IMG/VR virus record: IMGVR_UViG_3300030616_000016
Location: 167,648-231,647 of that record
Direction: 5' to 3' (one strand)
Length of the DNA stretch: 64,000 bases
Part shown: positions 37,919-47,563 of the stretch, piece after piece
Layout of the letters: every line of letters starts with the position of its first letter
How positions within the stretch are numbered: position 1 is the stretch's first letter
The notes under the pieces: model-generated
Databases searched by the model: none
The model's input: the letters and a program-made list of their open reading frames with translations, nothing else
What the model was told of the DNA's origin: nothing
Made by a program: the position numbers and the translations under genes

Positions 37919-40018
37919 ATGAGTAATGAGAAATTGATAAAAGGCTCACAAATAGATAGCAACCAGATTGAGTCTGGTCATCTTAAGAACAATTCTGTTA
38001 CAGAACAAAAAATATCAGATGGTTCGGTGACTGCTAATAAAATCGCAGATGGTGGTGTTACCAATTCTAAGATAAATACTGTTAATGGATCCAAGCTAGT
38101 AGACGATTCTGTAACTGAAGCAAAACTTGCTACTGCAGTACAGACTAAACTGAATAGCGCAACAGCTAGCGAGATATCTATGGGCGATGCAACAGAGCTG
38201 TTTGGCGTTGGCAGTTCTATCAAATACAGCGAAAATACATCTGATTTATATACAGATTCTACTCCAGCTAATAACTTCTGGCATCCTTCTTACAGTGTAG
38301 CAGCATTCTCGACGGGATCACAGCCATTAGGATATAATGACGCCGACGTTGTTACAACTCTTACAAACACCACAAACAAACAGTTTTATTTTGTTAAAGA
38401 TATTAACATAACTGCCGCGAATATAAGTAATGCGTATGGAATGTACTTTAACTTCCGTTGTGCTTTCAAGGGCATGATATGGGTCAATGGAACTGAGGCT
38501 TTCAATAACCTTGATGCAAGCGATGATGGAACAAAATATACTACGAAGGCTGGTCATACAATAGTTTGCGTCCAGGGAGCGCAGGATTATATTACAACTG
38601 GAATAGCAAATAGAATAGCAATTGTGTACAAGCAAACATCTGGTCAATCTAGCCTGGATTTTGGTGTTAATTTTGGTATGATTACTGGAGGAACTCAAGT
38701 TGTTGGCCTCGAATCGTTTGGCTTCTCTTTTGATATGGACAATATTCAGCAGGGAAGTGCATATAATAAAATATCAGCTGCAGAATATGCTACATTATCT
38801 AGAATACCTTCGGCTGCCGAAGCTGTATTCCTCACATCTACTAAGTCTTCTTCTTATGCAAATGGTGGTGTTGTTTTTGGCGACGATCTATCATCATATG
38901 CAAGTTTAACCGCATTTGCCGCAGATGGCGGCGCAGCTCTAATTGGATTCGATGATTCAGGCTTTGGATTTTCTGCCTCTACTGTTCAGGCTGCTATTGC
39001 CGGCGTTGTTAATAATATTTCATCAAGTATCACATTTGACAATACAACTCCTAGTATCAAAGGTCTTGATTCTACTCCAACTATGCAACAAGGGTTCAAT
39101 AAACTAGGCTACGCAGCCAATATTAACATAGACTCAACACACTTCACTGCCCTTGGAACAGGAAATTACTATATACAAAATGCTCTGAATTATCTACGAT
39201 ATGCATCTGGAATATCTTTTACGTCTACTGGCTTAGGTATAACTGGAGATCCGGCTACTGTGCAGGCACTTGGTACAGCACTAGCTGATCCTGACAATAT
39301 TTCATATGCATATGCCGGCAAGATGACAGCAACTAAGCTTGGTCCATTTGTAAAAGAATTGCGAGACAAAATGGACGATGCCACAAACATAGGATATAGC
39401 GGTAGTGTTGCTGGTTCAAATGTAAAACATGCATTAGATAATCTATCCGTAACCGCTTCTAATGAAATGTACTCCTACGATGGCAATAATGATTTTAGTG
39501 ATGTTCGAACTGCATTTGGAGCACTAGGAGAAACTTTACCTTCAGATTTTGATTCTACTCAATATGCTTTAAGTGTACCGATTGACTTCTTGATGTCTGC
39601 TATGTATCAAGTTCAGCAAGGTGTTCTACCTCACGCTAAATTTTGTGATACGTACAGCGTTGTTGCTCCAGATTCTGCAGAAGATGTATCCAATGACTAT
39701 ACATCGCCAGGTGAAGCAAGCTGGGGAGAGATAGAGATTGATAATATCTACGATACAAGCAATGAATTATGGGAAAACATATCTGCTGTTCTTGATAGAA
39801 CTACTGGACAGATGGATATAGTACATAAACTGAGTGGTGGATCTGGTGTGGTTGCAGGAATAGTGGAAGGAACAAATGAATATAGCACTTCAGTACATGC
39901 ACCAGAGGACTTTGTTGTATCTGACTTTGTGCTTAAGGTCCTCGATAATCAATTTACAGTTGCTTGTCAAGTAGATCAGGGTAAATCATCTAGAATTAAT
40001 GTGAGGTATGGCCCGTGA
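37919..40018 (+). CDS. Tail fibre protein with decapeptide repeats and a sugar-binding-like domain
   Basis: SVTxxKI[AS]DG-type repeats, FYFVKDINI...MIWVNGTE module, and fibre motifs GAALIGFDD...TVQAAI and NVKHALDNL. Confidence 0.7.
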   Translation: MSNEKLIKGSQIDSNQIESGHLKNNSVTEQKISDGSVTANKIADGGVTNSKINTVNGSKLVDDSVTEAKLATAVQTKLNSATASEISMGDATELFGVGSSIKYSENTSDLYTDSTPANNFWHPSYSVAAFSTGSQPLGYNDADVVTTLTNTTNKQFYFVKDINITAANISNAYGMYFNFRCAFKGMIWVNGTEAFNNLDASDDGTKYTTKAGHTIVCVQGAQDYITTGIANRIAIVYKQTSGQSSLDFGVNFGMITGGTQVVGLESFGFSFDMDNIQQGSAYNKISAAEYATLSRIPSAAEAVFLTSTKSSSYANGGVVFGDDLSSYASLTAFAADGGAALIGFDDSGFGFSASTVQAAIAGVVNNISSSITFDNTTPSIKGLDSTPTMQQGFNKLGYAANINIDSTHFTALGTGNYYIQNALNYLRYASGISFTSTGLGITGDPATVQALGTALADPDNISYAYAGKMTATKLGPFVKELRDKMDDATNIGYSGSVAGSNVKHALDNLSVTASNEMYSYDGNNDFSDVRTAFGALGETLPSDFDSTQYALSVPIDFLMSAMYQVQQGVLPHAKFCDTYSVVAPDSAEDVSNDYTSPGEASWGEIEIDNIYDTSNELWENISAVLDRTTGQMDIVHKLSGGSGVVAGIVEGTNEYSTSVHAPEDFVVSDFVLKVLDNQFTVACQVDQGKSSRINVRYGP
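37937..38140 (+). repeat. ~10-aa peptide repeats typical of phage fibre shafts
   Basis: NNSVTEQKIS DGSVTANKIA DGGVTNSKIN ... DDSVTEAKLA. Confidence 0.75.
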
Positions 40019-41034
40019 ACACAAAATTAATATTAAGGATTCATGATAAAGACGGTTCGCCAAGTGAAGGATATCCTATACAAGTATCTTTGTCTAAGCA
40101 TGCCGAAGATTACGATCCAGTTGGTCAAGTGAAAGATAGTGTTACTGGCTATACCAATCAAATGGTAACTGCTTTTACTGATTCTTCTGGTAGGGCGCCT
40201 ATTGAAATACTACCTTTTAATGCATCTACTTTTAAGTCCACAAAGAACTTTGAAACAATAGTGTCTGATGGAGAAGTGGGTGATATTGGATACGAAATGC
40301 CGTTAAGTGCTGAAGTCTTACTTACAGAATCATCTGTGTCTGGTCCTTCTTCTCAATACAAAATAATTAAAATGTCCAATCTATATGCTACAGAAACAAT
40401 TGAAACATCAGGCACTGCTGAAGGATTCTCTGTGTTTGAATTACCAGAAGATAAAAGGCCTTATCCAACAGAGTTTACTTGTGAAGATGTATATAGCGAA
40501 AAGATATATCTATTCCACAATCTTCATCCTGATTATGAGCCAGGCATTAATTTCTTTCCGGGCGATATGTTAAGTGACAGGTTTTTATATAATCTAATGG
40601 CTAATGTTATCTTTATTCCTGATGAGAAAGTTGTTTCAATAGTTGCTAGATATAGAATTAGACCATTTTATGTTGATGGAAATGATCCGACGACGCTAAA
40701 GGTTTACGATCCATCTAGCGATGTTAATTTAGCTCCACAGCAAAATATTTACGACAAGCTTGATAAGTCGATACATAATAATGGCCTGATAAGTAAAGAA
40801 AATGCTCTTAGTTCTATTAGCGTGCAAAGCAAAACAAAGACAGGTGCTTCCTATAGAGATTATGAAGGTAATGAAATAACAGGAAATGTTGATATTTATC
40901 CAGACATAAAACTGTATTTATGGGTAGAATATCCTAACCCAGATGGACCTGCGCCGATAAGAAATGTACATGAAGTATTTCTTCCTGGTCCATTATATGA
41001 CATTAATGAAAGTCAAATATATATGAGAGGTTAA
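40015..41034 (+). CDS. Hypothetical virion protein
   Basis: 339 aa, GTG start with GTGA overlap and GAGGT RBS. The N-terminal HDKDGSPSEGYPIQV...TDSSGRA is Ig/prealbumin-like. Confidence 0.55.
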   Translation: MNTKLILRIHDKDGSPSEGYPIQVSLSKHAEDYDPVGQVKDSVTGYTNQMVTAFTDSSGRAPIEILPFNASTFKSTKNFETIVSDGEVGDIGYEMPLSAEVLLTESSVSGPSSQYKIIKMSNLYATETIETSGTAEGFSVFELPEDKRPYPTEFTCEDVYSEKIYLFHNLHPDYEPGINFFPGDMLSDRFLYNLMANVIFIPDEKVVSIVARYRIRPFYVDGNDPTTLKVYDPSSDVNLAPQQNIYDKLDKSIHNNGLISKENALSSISVQSKTKTGASYRDYEGNEITGNVDIYPDIKLYLWVEYPNPDGPAPIRNVHEVFLPGPLYDINESQIYMRG

Positions 41035-41038
41035 AGAG

Positions 41039-42715
41039 ATGGCATCTGATACTTACACAGTAGCTTTTGGAGCTTTACAACAAACACTAATTAAACCTTA
41101 CAGGCTTAAGTTTAATTGGCATACTATTAACACTAATTACGATGCAATTGCGGCTGAATTTAATCAGCAATATACAACGCTCACGTCTCTTGCTAGTCGT
41201 GTTAGCGCAGTTGAGGCTCCAATAATAACGTCCAATTCATATCCTTTTATGACTGGCACATCATTCCCTATTACTGGCTCGTCTTCAGGTACCGCTCTCG
41301 ATATATCAATTGATTTTATTGATAGACTTTTTGTATTCAATGCCAGTCCTTCACGAGATTATTTTATATCTGAAATACAGGAGATAGTTACTCCCGTTAA
41401 AAGTCTTAAGGTTACAATATCTAGTAAGTACGGTGCTACAACTACTGAAGTATGTTCAGTAACTATTACAAAGACACAAACAGATGCCGGTACTCGCGAA
41501 TTTGCATTCTCTGAAATTAATGATAGCGGCGTATATGGTGGTATTGGAATAGGCGACGATTTTATTACAGCAGTGGGAGCTATAACAGCGTCAAATACAA
41601 CAACATATAGCTATTCAGTATCTAAGATAAATCCTACGTTTGTGCAATATACTTTTGTTGCATCAGAAGAAGCTGAGGCAGGAGTTCATATGCACAGGGT
41701 TCTAGAGCTGCCTGTTGGATCACAGAATGGATCAAATAGGACCTTTACTGCTCCTTACGGTGATGAATGGGAGACAGATTCTATTGCCGTATATCTTAAT
41801 GGCGTAGCATATAGTCCTCTTGAGATAACAAGTAAAACAAGCACAACGTTTACTCTTGGTTCGTCGGTTGGATCCAGTAGATTGCCAGATGCATCCCAAG
41901 CAAGAGAATTAAGAGTGAGTTATATGGTGTGGGTTGGAACGGAAGTTTCTCCTCTTGCTTCTAGCGGACAAAGATTTTACCAACACTTTGCAAGTCTGGC
42001 ATCAAGTGCTACAGAAGATATTTCTCACAAAGCAGATCCTGCCATGCGTAGATTAATTGAAGTATATACATTACACGCTGGCGGAAACTCTGATGGTGTT
42101 ATTAAGGTTGAATTCAATGCTGACACAGCTGACAATTACAATATAGTAGATCCTCCATTCTCAACTTCTACTAATGGAGTTGTTGATGAATATGGTGCTC
42201 ACTTGGCAGATGTTTCTAATGAGTACTATGCAACCGCAGCTGTATCTAATGAACCCATTGATGTTAGTGAAGTGACTAAGATATACGGTGTTAGCGTCGA
42301 CGCGTCTATACCATCATCTACTTATATAAGATGGTTTGCAAGATTCAGCAATAGTGGAGATTTTTATACTCATAATGGAACTAACTGGGCTATTACATCT
42401 ACTGCAGATTGTCAAAACGGTATGACCACCGCAGAACTTGAGGCTCTTTCTCAGTCTGACTGGGAATCTGCTAATGGTTTTAATGCAGGTGTTACCAGCT
42501 ATCTACAATTATTACCATACATGAGCACTAGCAATGATCTATATACGCCTTACCTTCAGAGCTATTCAGTAAGTAACGAGTGGGATGGAACATGGATTAA
42601 AGACGACCAAAGAAATTCTATTAGAGTTTCTATTATTGATGAGGATACCACAAGGATAGCAAATACATCTGCATCCAATGAATACACACTAACCAATATA
42701 TTTATAGCGGAATAA
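41039..42715 (+). CDS. Putative tail fibre/appendage protein
   Basis: Anchor-like NWHTINTNYDAI plus coiled coil, PVGSQNGSNRTFT...SIAVYLNGV beta module, C-terminal TPYLQSYSV. Confidence 0.58.
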   Translation: MASDTYTVAFGALQQTLIKPYRLKFNWHTINTNYDAIAAEFNQQYTTLTSLASRVSAVEAPIITSNSYPFMTGTSFPITGSSSGTALDISIDFIDRLFVFNASPSRDYFISEIQEIVTPVKSLKVTISSKYGATTTEVCSVTITKTQTDAGTREFAFSEINDSGVYGGIGIGDDFITAVGAITASNTTTYSYSVSKINPTFVQYTFVASEEAEAGVHMHRVLELPVGSQNGSNRTFTAPYGDEWETDSIAVYLNGVAYSPLEITSKTSTTFTLGSSVGSSRLPDASQARELRVSYMVWVGTEVSPLASSGQRFYQHFASLASSATEDISHKADPAMRRLIEVYTLHAGGNSDGVIKVEFNADTADNYNIVDPPFSTSTNGVVDEYGAHLADVSNEYYATAAVSNEPIDVSEVTKIYGVSVDASIPSSTYIRWFARFSNSGDFYTHNGTNWAITSTADCQNGMTTAELEALSQSDWESANGFNAGVTSYLQLLPYMSTSNDLYTPYLQSYSVSNEWDGTWIKDDQRNSIRVSIIDEDTTRIANTSASNEYTLTNIFIAE

Positions 42716-42718
42716 AAT

Positions 42719-43228
42719 ATGTCTATTCTTTCTAGGTCTTTCAGCAGCATGGAGCCTGATGTTAGGGAGCACGTAAACGTAATATTAAATGGATCTAGCA
42801 CAGAACCAGCAAGAGGTCACTGGGTATTGATTCTACGTCCTATCATGAATCGTCCGTGTTGCTTTAATAAAACATCAGGTAAATGGGATGAACCGGATGC
42901 TACATGTGAAAACTGTGAAGGCATAGGATATATTGTAGACCATGTTTATGCTAAGGCATACAAGAGTTATATGTCAGGGACAGAGAAAGCTGCTGCGCCA
43001 CAGATATATCATCCACATTCGCTTTCTTATTTTGTTCCTCATGACACTTTCGAATCAATAGCACAGGCAGAGATATCCAGGCTGATTGAGATAAGACTTG
43101 ACAATGATGGTAATATTATTGAGCCTGTTATTAGAGATGTATCATACAATATAGAGACTCCTATTCCTTACAGAGAGGGAGCTGGAATCCAGTATTGGAG
43201 ACTCAATGTAACTAAGGAAGAAATATAA
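42719..43228 (+). CDS. Head closure (stopper)-like neck protein with a Cys cluster
   Basis: GHWVLILR...PCC...PDATCENCEGIGY...YNIETPIPYREGAGIQYWRL resembles stopper-family proteins of large myoviruses. Confidence 0.55.
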   Translation: MSILSRSFSSMEPDVREHVNVILNGSSTEPARGHWVLILRPIMNRPCCFNKTSGKWDEPDATCENCEGIGYIVDHVYAKAYKSYMSGTEKAAAPQIYHPHSLSYFVPHDTFESIAQAEISRLIEIRLDNDGNIIEPVIRDVSYNIETPIPYREGAGIQYWRLNVTKEEI

Positions 43229-44068
43229 ATGCTTAAGCTTGTAAACAGGAATAAGATATCTGATAATGGTGTTGGAATCGCTCTGGTTTCTACCGATAGG
43301 TTTAGCGTACAAAATAATATAAGTACCTTCGATATGTCGTACCAGATTCCAGAAAATAGACTTTCTGGCACTGGCAATCTACGTCTCAATGGTTCAGTTG
43401 AGTACAAGTTTGATCACCAGAGAATAAAGAATATGTTGTTATTAAGCGCAATAGATCTTGAGAGCTCAAATGCTGTTGTGACTAACAAGACTTCTATAAG
43501 AGCAGGATCAGAAAACCCGGCTCCGTTATTTTATAAATACCGTATTGGAAGAGGGTCTAAGTATGTGTTTGTAAGACCTCCAATTGATTCTGATGCCTGG
43601 CGCTCGCTCCTTCTTACTATCAATGATATAGGAGATGGAGATACATTAAGTGCAAGCAACGTGCAGGCATATGCTACTTATATGAAAGATGTTGTATTGA
43701 GCATCAGAGAAAATATAAATATTGTTACAAGAAAGGGCAATCAAACCAATGTGTCTTTTGATATAGGCTTAATCAGACCTGTATATATTGACACTAGCTC
43801 TGAGTATTTTGGTTCTGTGTTTGATGTTACCATATATACATCAGAAAGATGTAACAATGGATTAACATTAATGGTTAATTATCCGGCTTTTATTCCAGAA
43901 AACAATTCAATTAAGACCAATAACCTGGAGGTGTTGAATGCAGAATTGATTCATGAGTTATATGAAGTTTCTTATTCAGATACAGACCAGTTTTATAATG
44001 CAACCTCAGATGATAGTAACACATTCACAAGGAAGCAGTACGCGGTAAAATTTATTATGGATGAATAA
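43229..44068 (+). CDS. Hypothetical virion protein
   Basis: 279-aa ORF abutting both neighbours. No recognised motif. Confidence 0.6.
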   Translation: MLKLVNRNKISDNGVGIALVSTDRFSVQNNISTFDMSYQIPENRLSGTGNLRLNGSVEYKFDHQRIKNMLLLSAIDLESSNAVVTNKTSIRAGSENPAPLFYKYRIGRGSKYVFVRPPIDSDAWRSLLLTINDIGDGDTLSASNVQAYATYMKDVVLSIRENINIVTRKGNQTNVSFDIGLIRPVYIDTSSEYFGSVFDVTIYTSERCNNGLTLMVNYPAFIPENNSIKTNNLEVLNAELIHELYEVSYSDTDQFYNATSDDSNTFTRKQYAVKFIMDE

Positions 44069-44070
44069 TT

Positions 44071-47000
44071 ATGATTAATATTCCTCTCTTCATGAGAAAG
44101 ATCGACAAATATGGGTATACTCTTGTTGAGTCTGGTCTTATAACCAGTTTCACGGCATCCCCCTACCCGCCCTCTGCTTCTGAAACTAATCAAACTGGAG
44201 TTCTTCTTGAGTTTGATATTCCCACCTCAACTTCCCGCCAAACTATCAGATTGTTTAGAGGGCGGACTTTAATAGCTACGATGAGTTCTGATGACATTGA
44301 CTTAAGCAATACCCAAATTGTTATAGATATTGGCGCGCCATTTGGTCAGTCATTAGAATACCATCTTGAAGTTTTCAAGTATGATACGGATCCAACGTAT
44401 CAATACATGACAATTGGATATACAACGCCATCGGTGGCGCCTGTTGCTCCAACTATATCTTCTGTAACCACTATTAGCGATTCTTCTGACAGCACAACAA
44501 AGACCGTGGAGTTAGAGTGGACATATGATCCGCAGTCCAATCCGGCGAAGAACCCAACTCACTTCTTAATTGAAGTAAAAGACGGATCGAATACTCTGTT
44601 TTCTGCTAAGTCTGATTTCTTTAATTACAGATATCTTTATAGAAGAACAGTAAGCCTTAATATAGATAGTAGCAGCAATTCTATTGATGTTGAAGTAAGC
44701 TCTGTTAGAGGTTCTTTATCTGCTACAGACACCGAGGCAGTTTCAATAAATCAATTTAACCTATTGCCGACTCCTACTATCGTCCTAAGTAATCTTGCTA
44801 CCAAGTTTGAGTATAACGAGATGGAAATACCTCTGCTATCATATAGTTTTGACGTAACCATTTCAATGCCTAGTGGTGTTGGCAGTGTAGATAGTTTTCA
44901 TATTGTACCTACAGCTAGTTCAGTGTATTTTGATCCAGTAGATGTTACACCTACGGCTAATTCATTTAGCTTTTCAGAAGACAATATATCTATTACAACC
45001 TTTCCTAATTATACGGTATATGCTGTTGTTAATGATTCTAAAAGCCCAGAAGTAACTAAGCAGTTCTCTATAGCCGATATTCCAAACATTGCAGATACAC
45101 TGGAAGAGGCAAGAGAGATAATGGATGCATTTGTTGCTAATCAAGAAGAGACAAATAAAATATCGACGTATTCTTATGGTATGCCTGCTTCTTTGGGTAT
45201 GCCTGTTCTTTCTGTTTATTACAATGGTTCTTCTATAAAGGACTGGGTAAACAATCAAACAGATGAATATAAAGTTCCATATCTAAGACAATCTGTAGAG
45301 CAGTTCGACAAGACAGAAAATGATACTCTTATGTGGGAAGAAGAAGAGAATAGTGTGTTCAATTTTATTGCTAATAGAAACTATGATTCTAATCCGATTG
45401 TTTCATATAGTAATTCTACGCCTAATTTTGAATTTGAGATTGGTGGGTCTAAGCTTGCAGCGCAGAGATTCACATGGACTGATGATCCTGAGTCCGCTAC
45501 CAATGCTATCCAATCAGTCCAAGTATATCTTGCATATGTATCTGGTCCTGGCGAAGATATATTTGTAGATATCTATTCTGACGCTACAGAAGGAGGCCAG
45601 CACTATCCTGGAACCAAACTCAACTCAACTACAGGAATTATTTCTGGTCATACGAATGCCGAAGCTCAGTTCTATACTTGTACATTTGAAACTCCTGTTA
45701 CTGTTACATATGATACTGATTATTGGATAGTTGTTTGGGCTGACCCAAGCAGAACTAAGTATAAATGGCTTGGATATACTTCAGAAACTATCTTTAGTAG
45801 CACTCCTGCATATTATTCTGCTGCATCTCAGATCTCTAGTAACAGACTAGTTGTATTTGATGAAGACGATAGAGTGAAATATCAGGGAAAGACTTACAAT
45901 CAGGCTTTGGCTGCTAAGGTAGTCGAGCTGGATTCTACTAACTTTTCTGTCAATGGCGATACTGGGTTGTTAGCCACAGGACTTGACTTGTTTACTAAAT
46001 ATGATATCGTAGAAGATCTTGACACATTTATATCCAGACTATGTCTTGAACTTAATATTGACGACAGATCGTATAGTGGTCCTTGTATTATATTTAAGTC
46101 GTTTCCTTCGACGGAAGTTAGCGTCGATTTCTCTGATATAAATACGTCATTATTATCTTCATTTGTGCGAGTTGGAAGCACTGAGTTTCTATATGGAAGA
46201 AACACGGATACAACGAGAGTTTCAGATGTTTCTTCAAAGATTAACGCAGCTCCAGGATATAAATCTTATGTACTCAGCGATATGATTCTTGATGGCGGCG
46301 AGCTTGAGATAAACTTTGGAACTGTGAAATACTATGACGCCGATGGCGATTCTACTATCGACCTAGATGATATTAATCCAGTGGATTATGATGTAGACGA
46401 TATTAGCGTTGGCGTAGATACTACCACAACAGAAACCCATACTACATATGACAATGGATATATAGTTAGAGGCTCAAAGGTTGTTGGAAGATACCTTGAA
46501 AATACAAAAATACACATTCTTCCTCCTTATGAAAATTCTCCTGACATGCCTTGGTACCCAAGAATAGATACAGGAAGATTTAGTATATATCGTAATGATA
46601 GCGTTTTTGAATATAGCATCGCTGAGTATCCGTTTCAGTCTTGGTCTGAAACAAAAGGTGCTCCATATAAAGATGTATGGGGAGAGACGCCGGCCATTCT
46701 TGATTCTAAGACACTTAGATTGAATAGATCTCCTATCGCTGATATGTCTGATATTCACATCACTGTTAATGGTTCGGTATGGAACAATAATGTATTTGAT
46801 GTAGACAAGCAAAATGGAATTATACTACTCAAATCTAGGCTTCCTTCCAATCCTAATATTCAGGTTGACTATTGCTATGTTGAAAATAGCTATGAGTATC
46901 CATTTATTGATATAAACCCAGCTAAGCATCGCAATAGTTCAATTAGAAATAAATATGTTGGCATATTCCTTACACAAATGTATAATGATATTCCATCTGG

Positions 47001-47562
47001 TGAGACTGACAACAATGATTTCTTTACTGGCACTGATGATAAAACATACTTTGGAAGGAGAAGAACGGTATTCCATAGAGTGTTTGATACTTTTGATGAC
47101 ATTAAATCCTTTGCAGACAGCTCTGACAATTCTTTTGTATATCTTCTTGGTTATTACTATGTTACAGATGGCAATATTGAGAATGTTACCATCAAAGATG
47201 CCAGAAGACAGGGTGGAGGATTAAGCACTGATATTTCTAGCAAAGAAGCCATTCGAAAGAATAGGGGCGCTAGAGGATTCTATGATGTTGGATATTTTGA
47301 TGGCGAGCCTTTCTCTGAGTCTCATGTTATTATTAGGCTTCCAGAATATCTTAAAGAACAGATGGATGAAGATAAGATCATCGAGCTTTCTAAGAAGTAT
47401 CTTGCTTTTGGCGTTATGCCTATTATTACTTTCTACAAAGGAACTAGAATAGATGTTTCTAATCCGGATAGCAGCAGTATATTCCCGCTTCCTGAACAAG
47501 TTCCTAGCAATCAGTTAACTGGATATGGTGTAGAATACGGATCAATTTACGGGATAAAATAA
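44071..47562 (+). CDS. Large baseplate/tail protein with FN3-like and beta-sandwich adhesin modules
   Basis: PVAPTISSV...VELEWTY FN3-like start and an AAQRFT...VQVYL...YWIVV module. C-terminal DARRQGGGL...YDVGYFDGEPF...KYLAFGVMPII. Confidence 0.6.
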   Translation: MINIPLFMRKIDKYGYTLVESGLITSFTASPYPPSASETNQTGVLLEFDIPTSTSRQTIRLFRGRTLIATMSSDDIDLSNTQIVIDIGAPFGQSLEYHLEVFKYDTDPTYQYMTIGYTTPSVAPVAPTISSVTTISDSSDSTTKTVELEWTYDPQSNPAKNPTHFLIEVKDGSNTLFSAKSDFFNYRYLYRRTVSLNIDSSSNSIDVEVSSVRGSLSATDTEAVSINQFNLLPTPTIVLSNLATKFEYNEMEIPLLSYSFDVTISMPSGVGSVDSFHIVPTASSVYFDPVDVTPTANSFSFSEDNISITTFPNYTVYAVVNDSKSPEVTKQFSIADIPNIADTLEEAREIMDAFVANQEETNKISTYSYGMPASLGMPVLSVYYNGSSIKDWVNNQTDEYKVPYLRQSVEQFDKTENDTLMWEEEENSVFNFIANRNYDSNPIVSYSNSTPNFEFEIGGSKLAAQRFTWTDDPESATNAIQSVQVYLAYVSGPGEDIFVDIYSDATEGGQHYPGTKLNSTTGIISGHTNAEAQFYTCTFETPVTVTYDTDYWIVVWADPSRTKYKWLGYTSETIFSSTPAYYSAASQISSNRLVVFDEDDRVKYQGKTYNQALAAKVVELDSTNFSVNGDTGLLATGLDLFTKYDIVEDLDTFISRLCLELNIDDRSYSGPCIIFKSFPSTEVSVDFSDINTSLLSSFVRVGSTEFLYGRNTDTTRVSDVSSKINAAPGYKSYVLSDMILDGGELEINFGTVKYYDADGDSTIDLDDINPVDYDVDDISVGVDTTTTETHTTYDNGYIVRGSKVVGRYLENTKIHILPPYENSPDMPWYPRIDTGRFSIYRNDSVFEYSIAEYPFQSWSETKGAPYKDVWGETPAILDSKTLRLNRSPIADMSDIHITVNGSVWNNNVFDVDKQNGIILLKSRLPSNPNIQVDYCYVENSYEYPFIDINPAKHRNSSIRNKYVGIFLTQMYNDIPSGETDNNDFFTGTDDKTYFGRRRTVFHRVFDTFDDIKSFADSSDNSFVYLLGYYYVTDGNIENVTIKDARRQGGGLSTDISSKEAIRKNRGARGFYDVGYFDGEPFSESHVIIRLPEYLKEQMDEDKIIELSKKYLAFGVMPIITFYKGTRIDVSNPDSSSIFPLPEQVPSNQLTGYGVEYGSIYGIK

Positions 47563-47563
47563 C

